DNA of 32,000 nt, taken from assembly GCF_000189295.2 (NCBI RefSeq), contig NC_016803.1, forward strand, positions 2,430,001 to 2,462,000, in the 5' to 3' direction. The notes under the pieces are model-generated. The model worked only from the letters and a program-made list of their open reading frames with translations, made no database searches and was not told the origin of the DNA. Source of the stretch: Pseudodesulfovibrio mercurii (GTDB lineage: Bacteria; Desulfobacterota; Desulfovibrionia; Desulfovibrionales; Desulfovibrionaceae). Shown one piece after another: positions 17,230-25,485 of the stretch (position 1 is its first letter; each line of letters opens with the position of its first letter). Made by a program: the position numbers and the translations under genes.

Positions 17230-18702
17230 TCAAGGTTTCGTACACAACGCGTCTATGGTTATCAAATATGCAGGGCTAAACGATTCGAACCCCCATTTTG
17301 GCGGTTCAATTTTCCCGGTGGCAAATTCCCCACACAATTCAACCAAAGGGACTTTAGACTCTACGCCTAACGCCACCTTCATTCTTTCAAAATAAGCCGT
17401 AGATTGGGATCGCGCAAAGACTTCAAAGGGCGCACTCCTGTACCCTATATATAGCAACGAAATAGGGTACCACAGATGTCCCTCTTCTCTGCCGTGAAGA
17501 TAGCTATGCAGATATAAGAAAAAATCTGCCTGCATCAGATGGTAAAAGCTTAAGGACGGGCACATGTCGGCCCGACTTTTTAACATGTCGGCATGAATTG
17601 ATCTCCTATTCAATTCAAGGCGGGCATTTCGCACATCATTGAGCCCCCCGAGATATGGTCGATAGCGAGTGTACGACTTCATAGGGTGTTCATTGGAGCT
17701 AAGCCGACCGACGAAATAGAAATCCTGTACCAATTCGGGAACCACTTCAAAGCGTTCTTCCTTCAAGGCAATGGCAACGGCGCATAAGAACAACTCATGA
17801 AGAAAAAATCGGTAATTGTCGGCAGCAATTTCCACCCATTGATGCCTTCCGTCATCGGGCCACTGGGTAAACGGATAAAGCCTTTCAATGAACCGACGAA
17901 GAGTCTCTCCAGCCTGCTGAGCAGGGACATATCGAATTAAGGTTGCGAAAAATTCAACCAATTCGTTTTTGGGTTCTTCCAGCATCTCGATGCTCCGCAC
18001 CAAGCGATCGTCCAGTTCCCCATCACCTTCAGGCTCAACCCGAAAACGCTCAAGGTTCTCGATAACCGTATCGAAATAGTCCCTGCAGGCCCCAAGAGCA
18101 TTTGCTTTCCCAGATTGAAGCGCCGTCATGGCAGCTCGTTGCTTCGAGGTACTTCCGAGAGTGATTTCTTCGTCACTAAGAATATACGCAGGCGGTTTTC
18201 CCAATTCCGGCTTTTTAAAAACCGGCTTGTTGAAGATCGCCCGTAGCAACTGTTCAAATCCCTTCTCAAACAAATCAGGGGTGGACATATCGATATAACT
18301 TCTACCAGAAAGAAATATCGGGCAGCACGCGTGGCCCTGTTCATCCCGTTCCATTATAATCGGGATATATCTTTGATCCTTGCTTGCGGGATCTGTTTGA
18401 CCGTAAATCTCCGGGGTGATGATAAGCGTTTCCGTTCCAACCCCGCCTTTGCGGCTATCGGCTTTCTCCGCATAGGCTTTGTCACAGAGCATAAGGACCT
18501 TGGAAATATTAGCGTCCGCCCTCATCTGCTCCATGTATTTGTTGACGTCCGCACCTTCTACAAGGTCCCATTTATCCAGCACAACATCGACGCCCATCTC
18601 GACAAGCCGCTCCGCAAGAGCAACGACTTGTGATTCGTAATCGGGGGTTGTCCAGCTATAGGAAATAAACACTTTGGGGACGGAATTTTCGATATTGCTC
18701 AT
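17230..18702 (-). CDS. TIR-like (SEFIR/TIR_2-type) N-terminal domain fused to an unrecognised ~330-aa helical C-terminal domain
   Basis: 490 aa. The N-terminus KVFISYSW..D..QVVALAERLVEMGVDVVLDKWDL..GADVNKYMEQ...KVLMLCD..Y..KADSRKGGVGTE matches the bacterial TIR-like pattern as I recall it. I could not assign residues ~170-490. The stop is 10 bp before the hsdR ATG. Confidence 0.65.
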   Translation of the reverse strand: MSNIENSVPKVFISYSWTTPDYESQVVALAERLVEMGVDVVLDKWDLVEGADVNKYMEQMRADANISKVLMLCDKAYAEKADSRKGGVGTETLIITPEIYGQTDPASKDQRYIPIIMERDEQGHACCPIFLSGRSYIDMSTPDLFEKGFEQLLRAIFNKPVFKKPELGKPPAYILSDEEITLGSTSKQRAAMTALQSGKANALGACRDYFDTVIENLERFRVEPEGDGELDDRLVRSIEMLEEPKNELVEFFATLIRYVPAQQAGETLRRFIERLYPFTQWPDDGRHQWVEIAADNYRFFLHELFLCAVAIALKEERFEVVPELVQDFYFVGRLSSNEHPMKSYTRYRPYLGGLNDVRNARLELNRRSIHADMLKSRADMCPSLSFYHLMQADFFLYLHSYLHGREEGHLWYPISLLYIGYRSAPFEVFARSQSTAYFERMKVALGVESKVPLVELCGEFATGKIEPPKWGFESFSPAYLITIDALCTKP

Positions 18703-18759
18703 GCTTGCACCGTATTGTTATAAACGAGGCCGGGAAGGAGGCCCTCCCGGCCATTCATT
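18703..18759 (-). other. GC hairpin between the 104-aa gene and the TIR-like gene
   Basis: Minus strand: GGCCGGGA-GGGCCTCCT-TCCCGGCC (8-bp stem) followed by TCGTTTATAA. The T tract is weak, so it could be a partial terminator or a processing/stability element. Confidence 0.35.
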
Positions 18760-19074
18760 CTATCGTTCTCCACAGGCCGGGTTATATTTCGCTCGAATAG
18801 CCTGTTCGATTTCTTTACGCCCGGCTTGCTGCTTGTTCGGGGTGTAGTGAGGGGCACATCCCAATATCCCCCGGCTGTGACGGCTCCAACACCCAGCACG
18901 ATCGTGAGTTTCGACACGAGACTTAAGTCCTTTCGATTCTCCAACATCCAGAACTGTCCATTTCTCGGTCGCATCTTTGCGCGTCAGGATCGTATATACC
19001 CCCGAGCGGTCTTCTAGATCATCAGTCGAGGTGTATGGTCCCTCCGCTGGGTAGCCTGCAATAGTTATAGACAT
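18760..19074 (-). CDS. small GIY-YIG-like protein (tentative)
   Basis: 104 aa. SGVYTIL...WTVLDVGES..LKSRVETHDR...KEIEQAIRAKYNP follows the GIY...YIG...R...E...N spacing. An AAGGGA RBS lies 5 nt upstream of the ATG. Confidence 0.4.
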   Translation of the reverse strand: MSITIAGYPAEGPYTSTDDLEDRSGVYTILTRKDATEKWTVLDVGESKGLKSRVETHDRAGCWSRHSRGILGCAPHYTPNKQQAGRKEIEQAIRAKYNPACGER

Positions 19075-19272
19075 GTTTTTCCCTTAAACAGATGAATGAG
19101 CCGTCTTGAACTATACCGGACCATTATGTATGCTCCGCGCACGCTTATGGCGGAGGTCCGATGAACCTGCAACGGCTCGTGTTCGAGCAGGTTGACCTCA
19201 AGGGCGGTCTGATGGTTCCAGCATCAGGCCGCTTTTCTTGTGGACTTCAATCATTTCCCTTCTCCTAGCCTG

Positions 19273-19500
19273 CTACCCTTTGGGCGGGTATGGGTCGTTG
19301 CCGTAGCTGTTTTTTTCACGGATTCTTCCATCCTTTCCGTGAATGCTGACCTCAAGACCTTCCCGTTTCCCCTGGTCAATGGCTCGTTCCCGAGCTTCGG
19401 CCTGGGTTTCGGCTTTGAAGGAAGCGCGCTTTGCGCCGCCTTTCTTGCCTTGCCAGCCACCATCAGGATGGGGCGTGACATGCATGTCTTTACCGCTCAT
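19273..19500 (-). CDS. DUF2188-family small protein
   Basis: HVTPHPDGGWQGKKGGAKRASFKAETQAEARERAI...EVSIHGKDGRIREKNSYGNDP fits the DUF2188 pattern. An AGGAGGTG RBS lies 6 nt before the ATG at 19500, so the GTG at 19509 falls inside the RBS. Confidence 0.7.
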   Translation of the reverse strand: MSGKDMHVTPHPDGGWQGKKGGAKRASFKAETQAEARERAIDQGKREGLEVSIHGKDGRIREKNSYGNDPYPPKG

Positions 19501-19549
19501 TCGTATCACCTCCTTTGGTGCTCATTTCCCGGTTGCCCGGATGCGAAAA

Positions 19550-20374
19550 TTACAATTTCTTTGCCGCCCAGTATGCCGCCACCTTATCGATGATGGCATG
19601 GGCTACCTTGTCCATGTGCTTGCCTTTCGAGTAGTCCGCCGGGGCCACATAATGAACCCGGCCTTCGCTCCTCAGTTGCTCGGCAAGCTCCTTCGAAGTC
19701 TTCGGTTTATAGACAGCGATGGAGTGTCCCCCCTGCGCCTTGACAAGCCGCATACACGGGACATCCGTCGCCCCATCGCCGATGAAAATCATATTGGTGA
19801 ACGGCACTTCCCGCTGATCGGACTCGATATACTGGTTGATCTTCTTGTTGTCGCAGATATCCCGAACCCCTTTGTTAATCCGAAACAGGAACTGCGTCTT
19901 GGTCGTATAGTTGACGGCAAGCCCTGGGGCCTCGGCGACGCCATGCTGGTCGTACATGAACGACGAAGCGAACACATCGGTAAATTTGTTGGCAATGCTC
20001 GTTCCCAAAAGCATTTCCCGTATGCCGGAGGAGATGATGTAATGTTGGGGAATCAGCCCTTTTTCTTTGGCGTAGTCGTCAACTCGGTCAAACCATCCCG
20101 AGACCCCGGGAAACATCTCGATTCTCTTGGCGTATTGTTTGAAGTCCTGCCGCGTGACCCTCATGTCGTTTTCTTTGGCCTTTCGAAGCATCAGATACAT
20201 GTAGGCAAGAATTTCATCTGCCTGCTGATCCTTGGCGCGCCTTTTCACCTCATTCCAGAACGTTTTACTGGTCAGCTTGAGTTTCGGGATGAAGTCGTAT
20301 TCCTGCATATTCCCGGGGGCAAGCGTGCCGTCGAAGTCGTAGACAAATGCAATTCTCTGTTTGCGAAAGCTCAT
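19550..20374 (-). CDS. HAD-superfamily hydrolase/phosphatase
   Basis: 274 aa. Motif I is FVYDFDGTL (D13, D15), motif II IISSG, and motif IV FIGDGATDVPCM. Confidence 0.75.
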   Translation of the reverse strand: MSFRKQRIAFVYDFDGTLAPGNMQEYDFIPKLKLTSKTFWNEVKRRAKDQQADEILAYMYLMLRKAKENDMRVTRQDFKQYAKRIEMFPGVSGWFDRVDDYAKEKGLIPQHYIISSGIREMLLGTSIANKFTDVFASSFMYDQHGVAEAPGLAVNYTTKTQFLFRINKGVRDICDNKKINQYIESDQREVPFTNMIFIGDGATDVPCMRLVKAQGGHSIAVYKPKTSKELAEQLRSEGRVHYVAPADYSKGKHMDKVAHAIIDKVAAYWAAKKL

Positions 20375-20418
20375 GCGGCCCCCTTCAGAATTGTTTTTAG
20401 ATTTTTTCTAGACTTCAA

Positions 20419-20447
20419 AATATACTCTCTCCGGTCCCCGAAGCCAA
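20419..20447 (-). promoter_or_regulatory. sigma70-like promoter for the HAD gene
   Basis: Minus strand: -35 TTGGCT, 17-nt spacer, -10 TATATT. It lies in the 130-bp AT-rich gap after hsdS. Confidence 0.4.
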
Positions 20448-20503
20448 GCCTTCACGCCGCGTGCTCGCAACTATCTTTTATAGTTAATTTTAATTTGCAC
20501 GCG

Positions 20504-21721
20504 TTATGATTTTACTCGCACTTTTCCGGTCAATAATTGCTGCATGAGGCCCTTTTTCTGTTCCTTGAGGGCGGCGAGCTGGTTGCGGTGCTCGTCTATT
20601 TCCGCGACGGCGGCATTGAGGACTTTGGCGATGGCCTCTTGTTCCCTGGGTGGTGGGCACGGGACGTTGATCTTGAAAAAATCCTTCTTGTTCAGATTCA
20701 AAAGACCGTCGGAACGGGCTCCGCTTGTGATGTACCGCTTCAATTCCCTGGCGTGGTAATCGGCGATGAAGAAATGTTCATAGAAATCGGCCGAGACTTG
20801 ATCGGACTTGGGGCGGAAACTGATAAAGACGTTCGGGACGGAAATCTCGTCCTGATCGCGCAAAAGGTAGGCGCAGCCGCATTGGTATTTCTTCGAGTTG
20901 CCCTTGTTGTAGGCAAACTCGCCTTTCCGCAAATGGGTGTAGTTGGCATATTGCCGACCGGCGATGTCCTTGCCCCATTTTTCGCGCTGGGAGACAAAAC
21001 CGATTCCGGCGGAAATGCTGTAGGGGGGGATATCCTTGTCCCCAACGGTATCTGCGACCGGTTCGAACAAAGTGCCCAAGGGAACTTCCTTCCACGCTTC
21101 CCCGGCAAATTCCCCGAACCGAACCTTGCCCGTCAGAAGTCGCTGCATGAGACCCGTTTTCCGTCGCTCCTTGGCCTTGATGAGGGCCTCGGCCTTCTCG
21201 ATGGCGCGGTCCCAGGTGGACAAGATGGTGGCAATGGCCTTTTGTTCTTGTTCTTTGGGAAAAACGAACAAGCAGTTTCGTATATCTGCCAAGGACAGAT
21301 TAGGACGCGCAGAATCTGACTGGATACCCAAAAGCATCCTAACCGTACTTGGAAGTTGGAGATACAGTGAGAAAAAGCGGACATTATAGCCTTTTTTCAA
21401 TCTCAACAAACAAACGGCCTGATTGATGTTCGCAGGGACACCGTTGTTCTCATATATACAACTACGGCCAATAGAAGCTCCCACAATATTTATGAGAATA
21501 TCTCCATCAGCCAAGCGACTGTTCTTCATCTTTTCGCCAAACTCGTCCGGCAAGAACTTTGGCCTAGAAATATCCAAAAAGCCGTCCCTCACATTTTCGC
21601 TTGTGACGAACAAAATCCCATTCTCTTGGTACTCGAAGCCTTGCCACTTCGGGGAGGCTCCCTTGGTAATCTTATCCGCTATCTCCACACCTTTTGCTTT
21701 CTGCCACCCTTCAGGAATCAT
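20504..21721 (-). CDS. hsdS: type I R-M specificity subunit (two target-recognition domains)
   Basis: 405 aa. The conserved spacer region is duplicated (KTGLMQRLLTGKVR and KKGLMQQLLTGKVRV), as is the EQ.AIA motif (EQEQKAIATIL, REQEAIAKVL). Confidence 0.9.
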   Translation of the reverse strand: MIPEGWQKAKGVEIADKITKGASPKWQGFEYQENGILFVTSENVRDGFLDISRPKFLPDEFGEKMKNSRLADGDILINIVGASIGRSCIYENNGVPANINQAVCLLRLKKGYNVRFFSLYLQLPSTVRMLLGIQSDSARPNLSLADIRNCLFVFPKEQEQKAIATILSTWDRAIEKAEALIKAKERRKTGLMQRLLTGKVRFGEFAGEAWKEVPLGTLFEPVADTVGDKDIPPYSISAGIGFVSQREKWGKDIAGRQYANYTHLRKGEFAYNKGNSKKYQCGCAYLLRDQDEISVPNVFISFRPKSDQVSADFYEHFFIADYHARELKRYITSGARSDGLLNLNKKDFFKINVPCPPPREQEAIAKVLNAAVAEIDEHRNQLAALKEQKKGLMQQLLTGKVRVKS

Positions 21722-21993
21722 TCCCCACCATCCTTCTTCGCCCCAAGCGCCTTCTTCTCCGCAGCCTTCACGCGCCGGGCGACCTTCGCCAGGTCCTCAT
21801 CCGGCACGGGCAGTTCCTCGGGCATGGTTCCGCCCAGCTCCTTGATGGTCTGGCGGACCTTCTTGCCGACCTCGAAATGGGTCTGGTTGGCCGTTTGTTT
21901 GCCCCGGAGATTCTCTCGCCGGAGCTTCTCCTCGGTCTGCGTGGCTCGGAACAGGTTGGCAGCGAGCTCGGTGATATTTTTTTCAACCATCAT
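21718..21993 (-). CDS. DinD C-terminal-like small protein (91 aa)
   Basis: TQTEEKLRRENLRGKQTANQTHFEVGKKVRQTIKELGGTMPEELP resembles only the C-terminal third of DinD/Bro-type proteins. It has ATGA overlaps with both neighbouring genes. Confidence 0.55.
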   Translation of the reverse strand: MMVEKNITELAANLFRATQTEEKLRRENLRGKQTANQTHFEVGKKVRQTIKELGGTMPEELPVPDEDLAKVARRVKAAEKKALGAKKDGGE

Positions 21994-23015
21994 TCCCCAC
22001 CTTCCTTCTTTGCCTCGATCGCCTTCACCGCCTTGTCAAAGTCCGATTCGATACGCTGGGTCGCGTTGAACTTCTCGTACTCGGCACGGGCCTTGGCATC
22101 GGCCTGCTTGCGGGAGATGGAGCCGTAGCCTTCCAGCACCTTGTACTCGTTGAATTCCAGGAAACGGTTCACGCTGTCGGCAAAGGCCCTCATGGTGAAC
22201 GTGGTGCGGCTTTCGATGATCCGCTCAATGTAATCGAAAAAGCTGGATACCGTCCGTTCCAGTTGCTTGATCTCGTCCTCGGCCAGATAATTCTTCCCGA
22301 CCTTGGTGTCCGACAACAGAACCCGGCCATCCGGGGCGTTCTTGTAGGTTTGCAAACCCATCCTCGGCTTGTCGGCGTCGGCCCGTTGATGGATCAGCTC
22401 GCTTGAAGTCTGCCCGGTGATGGCAAAGTGAAACTTGTCCTGCACATGGGCATAAAACAGATGCGCTTCCTCGGAATTCTTGTCGTAATCCTCGCTGCAC
22501 TCGGCAAAGATGTCGGTGATCTGTTGGTAAATGCGCCGCTCGCTGGCCCGGATCGACCGGACCCGCTCCAACAATTCCCGGAAATAGTCCTTGCCGAAAT
22601 AGCGGCCATTCTTGAGCCGCTCGTCGTCCAGCACGAACCCCTTGACGATGAACTCCCTGAGCCGTTCGGTGGCCCAGATACGGAACTGGGTGGCCTTGGA
22701 CGAGTTCACCCGGTAACCGACGGAGATGATGGCATCCAAATTGTAGTATTTTGTCTTGTAATTCTTGCCGTCTGCGGCAGTTGTTTCCAAAACGGAAACA
22801 ACTGAATCCTCGGCCAATTCTCCGCTTTCAAATATGTTGGCAAGATGCTTGGAAACGGCCGGGACACCGACTCCGAATAGCTCGGCGATCCGCTTTTGCG
22901 GCAGCCAGATATTCTCGTTGTGCAGGAAGACCTCAACGGCCACCTTGCCGCCCGGGGCGGTATACAGCAGGAATTCCGTGGTCTGATCCATGGGGGTCAG
23001 GCTTTTTTCACTCAT
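21990..23015 (-). CDS. RhuM-family protein
   Basis: 341 aa. The hallmarks are WLPQKRIAELFGV...HLANIFESGEL, YYNLDAIISVGYRVNSSKATQFRIWATERLREFIVKGFVLDDERLKNG. It has an ATGA overlap with hsdM. Confidence 0.85.
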   Translation of the reverse strand: MSEKSLTPMDQTTEFLLYTAPGGKVAVEVFLHNENIWLPQKRIAELFGVGVPAVSKHLANIFESGELAEDSVVSVLETTAADGKNYKTKYYNLDAIISVGYRVNSSKATQFRIWATERLREFIVKGFVLDDERLKNGRYFGKDYFRELLERVRSIRASERRIYQQITDIFAECSEDYDKNSEEAHLFYAHVQDKFHFAITGQTSSELIHQRADADKPRMGLQTYKNAPDGRVLLSDTKVGKNYLAEDEIKQLERTVSSFFDYIERIIESRTTFTMRAFADSVNRFLEFNEYKVLEGYGSISRKQADAKARAEYEKFNATQRIESDFDKAVKAIEAKKEGGE

Positions 23016-24520
23016 CGCAGCACCCCCAGCTCTTCCAGGTATCCGGCCATTTCCTTGCGGACTTCGACCAACTCCTTTTCCAGTTCCTCGATTTCGCCCT
23101 GCACCTTGGCGATGTCCACTTCTTCCTCTTCCTCGAAGGTGTCCACATAGCGGGGGATGTTCAGGTTGAAATCGTTCTCCTTGAGTTCATCGAACCCGGC
23201 CACATAGGCGTACTTGTCCACGAACTCGCGGGCCTTGTACGTGTCCACGATCTTCCGGACATTCTCGGGACGCAGCTTGTTCTGATTCTTGGCGTCGGCG
23301 TATTCCCGGCTGGCGTCGATGAACAGGACATCCTTGTCGGGCCGGTTGCGCTTGAACACCAAGATGGCCGCCGGGATGCCCGTGCCAAAGAACAGGTTCG
23401 CGGGCAGGCCGATGACCGCGTCCAGAAGGTTTTCCTCGATGAGTTGCTGCCGGATCTTGCCTTCCGCGCCACCCCGGAAAAGAACACCGTGCGGCACGAC
23501 CACGCCGACCCGCCCGGATTCCAGAGTGGTGGTCTCGATCATGTGCGAGATGAAAGCGTAATCCGCCTTGGACTTGGGCGGCAGGCCGCGGTGGAACCGA
23601 TTATGCGGATCGCTCTGGGCCGACTTGTAGCCCCACTTGTCGAGGGAGAAGGGCGGATTGGCCACGACCACCTCGAACTTCATGGTGGTGTCGTCCTCGA
23701 TCAGCTTGGGTTCACGCAGGGTGTCGCCCCATTCGACCCTGGCCCGGTCCATGCCGTGCAGAAACATGTTCATCTTGGCGAGCGCCCAGGTCTCTCCGTT
23801 GATCTCCTGCCCGTACAGGGAAAAATCCTCGGACGTCCAGCGAACCCGATTGCCGCACTTGATGAGCAACGAGCCCGAACCGCAGGCGGGATCGCAGATG
23901 CGCTCGCCCGGCTGGGGGGCGACCAGTTCCGCGATCAGCTCCGAGACCTCCGGCGGCGTGTAGAATTCCCCGGCCTTCTTGCCCGCGCCGGCGGCGAAGT
24001 TGGCGATGAGGTATTCATAGGCATTGCCGATGACATCCAGGTTGCCCACCCGCGACGGGCGCAGGTCCAGGCGAGGATCATTGAGGTCCTCCAGAAACTT
24101 CTTCAGACGACGGTTACGGTCCTTGGTCTTGCCGAGATTCGCCTCGGAATTGTAATCGATATTGCGGAAGACACCCTGCAACTTGGCACGGTTCGCGTCT
24201 TCAATCTTCTCAAAGGTGGTGTTGATGACCTCGCCCACATTGGTGGCGTTGCGCTGGTCGTAAAGGTCATAGAAGGTGCACCCTTCCGGCATGACGAAAC
24301 GCTCCCTGGCCAGACGGCGTCCGATGCGCTCCTTGTCACCCTTGAACTGCTGGCTCAACTCGTCATACCGCTCCCGGTAAACGTCCGAGAGATACTTCAC
24401 GAAAAGCATCGCCAGGATATAATCCTTGTACTGGCTGGCGTTGAGGATTCCCCGGAAGGTGTCGCACGCCTTGAAAAGGATATCATTGATCTCTTTCTGG
24501 TTCACTTTGGTGGTGGTCAT
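23012..24520 (-). CDS. hsdM: type I R-M DNA methyltransferase subunit
   Basis: 502 aa. HsdM_N-like N-terminus (YKDYILAMLFVKYLSD), AdoMet motif DPACGSGSLL, and catalytic VVANPPF. Confidence 0.92.
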   Translation of the reverse strand: MTTTKVNQKEINDILFKACDTFRGILNASQYKDYILAMLFVKYLSDVYRERYDELSQQFKGDKERIGRRLARERFVMPEGCTFYDLYDQRNATNVGEVINTTFEKIEDANRAKLQGVFRNIDYNSEANLGKTKDRNRRLKKFLEDLNDPRLDLRPSRVGNLDVIGNAYEYLIANFAAGAGKKAGEFYTPPEVSELIAELVAPQPGERICDPACGSGSLLIKCGNRVRWTSEDFSLYGQEINGETWALAKMNMFLHGMDRARVEWGDTLREPKLIEDDTTMKFEVVVANPPFSLDKWGYKSAQSDPHNRFHRGLPPKSKADYAFISHMIETTTLESGRVGVVVPHGVLFRGGAEGKIRQQLIEENLLDAVIGLPANLFFGTGIPAAILVFKRNRPDKDVLFIDASREYADAKNQNKLRPENVRKIVDTYKAREFVDKYAYVAGFDELKENDFNLNIPRYVDTFEEEEEVDIAKVQGEIEELEKELVEVRKEMAGYLEELGVLR

Positions 24521-24530
24521 ATATTCTCCG

Positions 24531-25151
24531 TTATTTTTTCTCTTGCGATGCGGCGTCCAATATCTCGGACAACAACAATTCCCGTTGCTCCACGATCCGT
24601 TCCGTCAAAATTTTTTCTTGCAAACCACACTGGTAGACCTTGGCTATCAGCGCTTGCCTTTCGAGAGACGGCACCGGAACCGGAAGCGCCTCCAACGTCT
24701 TTCGGGTGATATGCGGCAAGGCCGTCCCGGCCGCGCACTGCCCATAATATCGCTGGGCCTGCTTGCCGTTCAGGAACCAGGCCAGATAATCCGGGCGAAC
24801 CAACGCGGGGTTGGCCTTGATAATGAAAAAATGCGGTGCGGCCACGGCTTTTTCAAGCGGCTTGTCGACCAGCGCTCCGAAAAAACGCATCCCGCGGTTT
24901 ACGAAAAGGATATCCCCTTCCTCCAGAAATGTCGGGCGGCGGCGCCCAGTCGGTACGACTTTGGGCAACCGCTTCTCGTTCACGCCCAGAACAGGGTCCA
25001 CATTCTTGAGCTGGACCACGGATATCGTACCTTCCGGATCGTGTTCAATCCTGCCCCGGAACGGATGCCCGGCGAACAATTTCGCCACGCGCTTCAAGGG
25101 AGCCGATTGGCATTTTGAATGCACCAAGCTTTTTGTTTTTTCTCGAATCAT
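24531..25151 (-). CDS. half-size (single-TRD) type I specificity subunit
   Basis: 206 aa from the ATG at 25151. PLKRVAKLFAGHPF... forms one variable domain, followed by ITRKTLEALPVPVPSLERQALIAKV and a helical tail. The upstream 56 codons of the 25319 ORF look non-coding. It ends 10 bp before hsdM. Confidence 0.6.
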   Translation of the reverse strand: MIREKTKSLVHSKCQSAPLKRVAKLFAGHPFRGRIEHDPEGTISVVQLKNVDPVLGVNEKRLPKVVPTGRRRPTFLEEGDILFVNRGMRFFGALVDKPLEKAVAAPHFFIIKANPALVRPDYLAWFLNGKQAQRYYGQCAAGTALPHITRKTLEALPVPVPSLERQALIAKVYQCGLQEKILTERIVEQRELLLSEILDAASQEKK

Positions 25152-25435
25152 GTGTTTCGATATAAGCAAGCGGGACCAGCTCGTCAAGTGCAGTTTGCAT
25201 TTTGATGCAAAAAATATTTTGGATACACTTTGGGGTACTGATCGCCGCCCCCATATCCCAGTTTGAAGCGTTAACCTATTGGCCGTTTTGCCGCGCAACA
25301 GCACTGGGGCTCCCAACATCTCTGGACTTGTTTTCCACCCCAGAAATATTTCTAACCTCTTGCCGCCCCCTCCCTAGTGAACGACCTTTTCACTTGGGCA
25401 ACGCTCTTTCCATTTTCAACTTGCACAGTCGCAAA

Positions 25436-25485
25436 GACTAACATATATATTAGTCAAAACGATTTAAGCTAATATTCATGTTAGC
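25436..25485. promoter_or_regulatory. two operator-like palindromes upstream of / overlapping the hipB-like start
   Basis: GACTAACATATATATTAGTC (25436-25455) is a 20-bp palindrome with 2 mismatches. GCTAA-N8-TTAGC lies at 25468-25485. Confidence 0.45.

Noticed and set aside
18699-18974. 91-aa minus-strand ORF overlapping the 104-aa gene; also 19251-19481, overlapping DUF2188
   Set aside because: These are alternative frames with no motifs or RBS. The chosen frames have family-like motifs and Shine-Dalgarno sequences.
17230-20374. Canonical Thoeris system
   Set aside because: A TIR-like protein is present, but no ThsA-type effector (SIR2, Macro or SLOG domain, or TM effector) is encoded anywhere in the window. 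The TIR-like protein is also much longer than a typical ThsB.
22751-24709. 652-aa plus-strand ORF antisense to hsdM/rhuM; likewise 15258-16610 antisense to hsdR and 8580-9818 antisense to int
   Set aside because: They have no recognisable motifs, and the opposite strand encodes unambiguous HsdM, RhuM, HsdR and integrase proteins.
20504-25151. Phase-variable hsdS shufflon
   Set aside because: Both S genes are in the same orientation, share no long repeats, and have no inverted hsdS fragments or adjacent invertase.
24531-25319. N-terminal 56 codons of the 262-aa ORF (25152-25319)
   Set aside because: The sequence (MLGAPVLLRGKTANRL...) does not resemble the start of an HsdS and overlaps the intergenic promoter region. 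The start was moved to the ATG at 25151.
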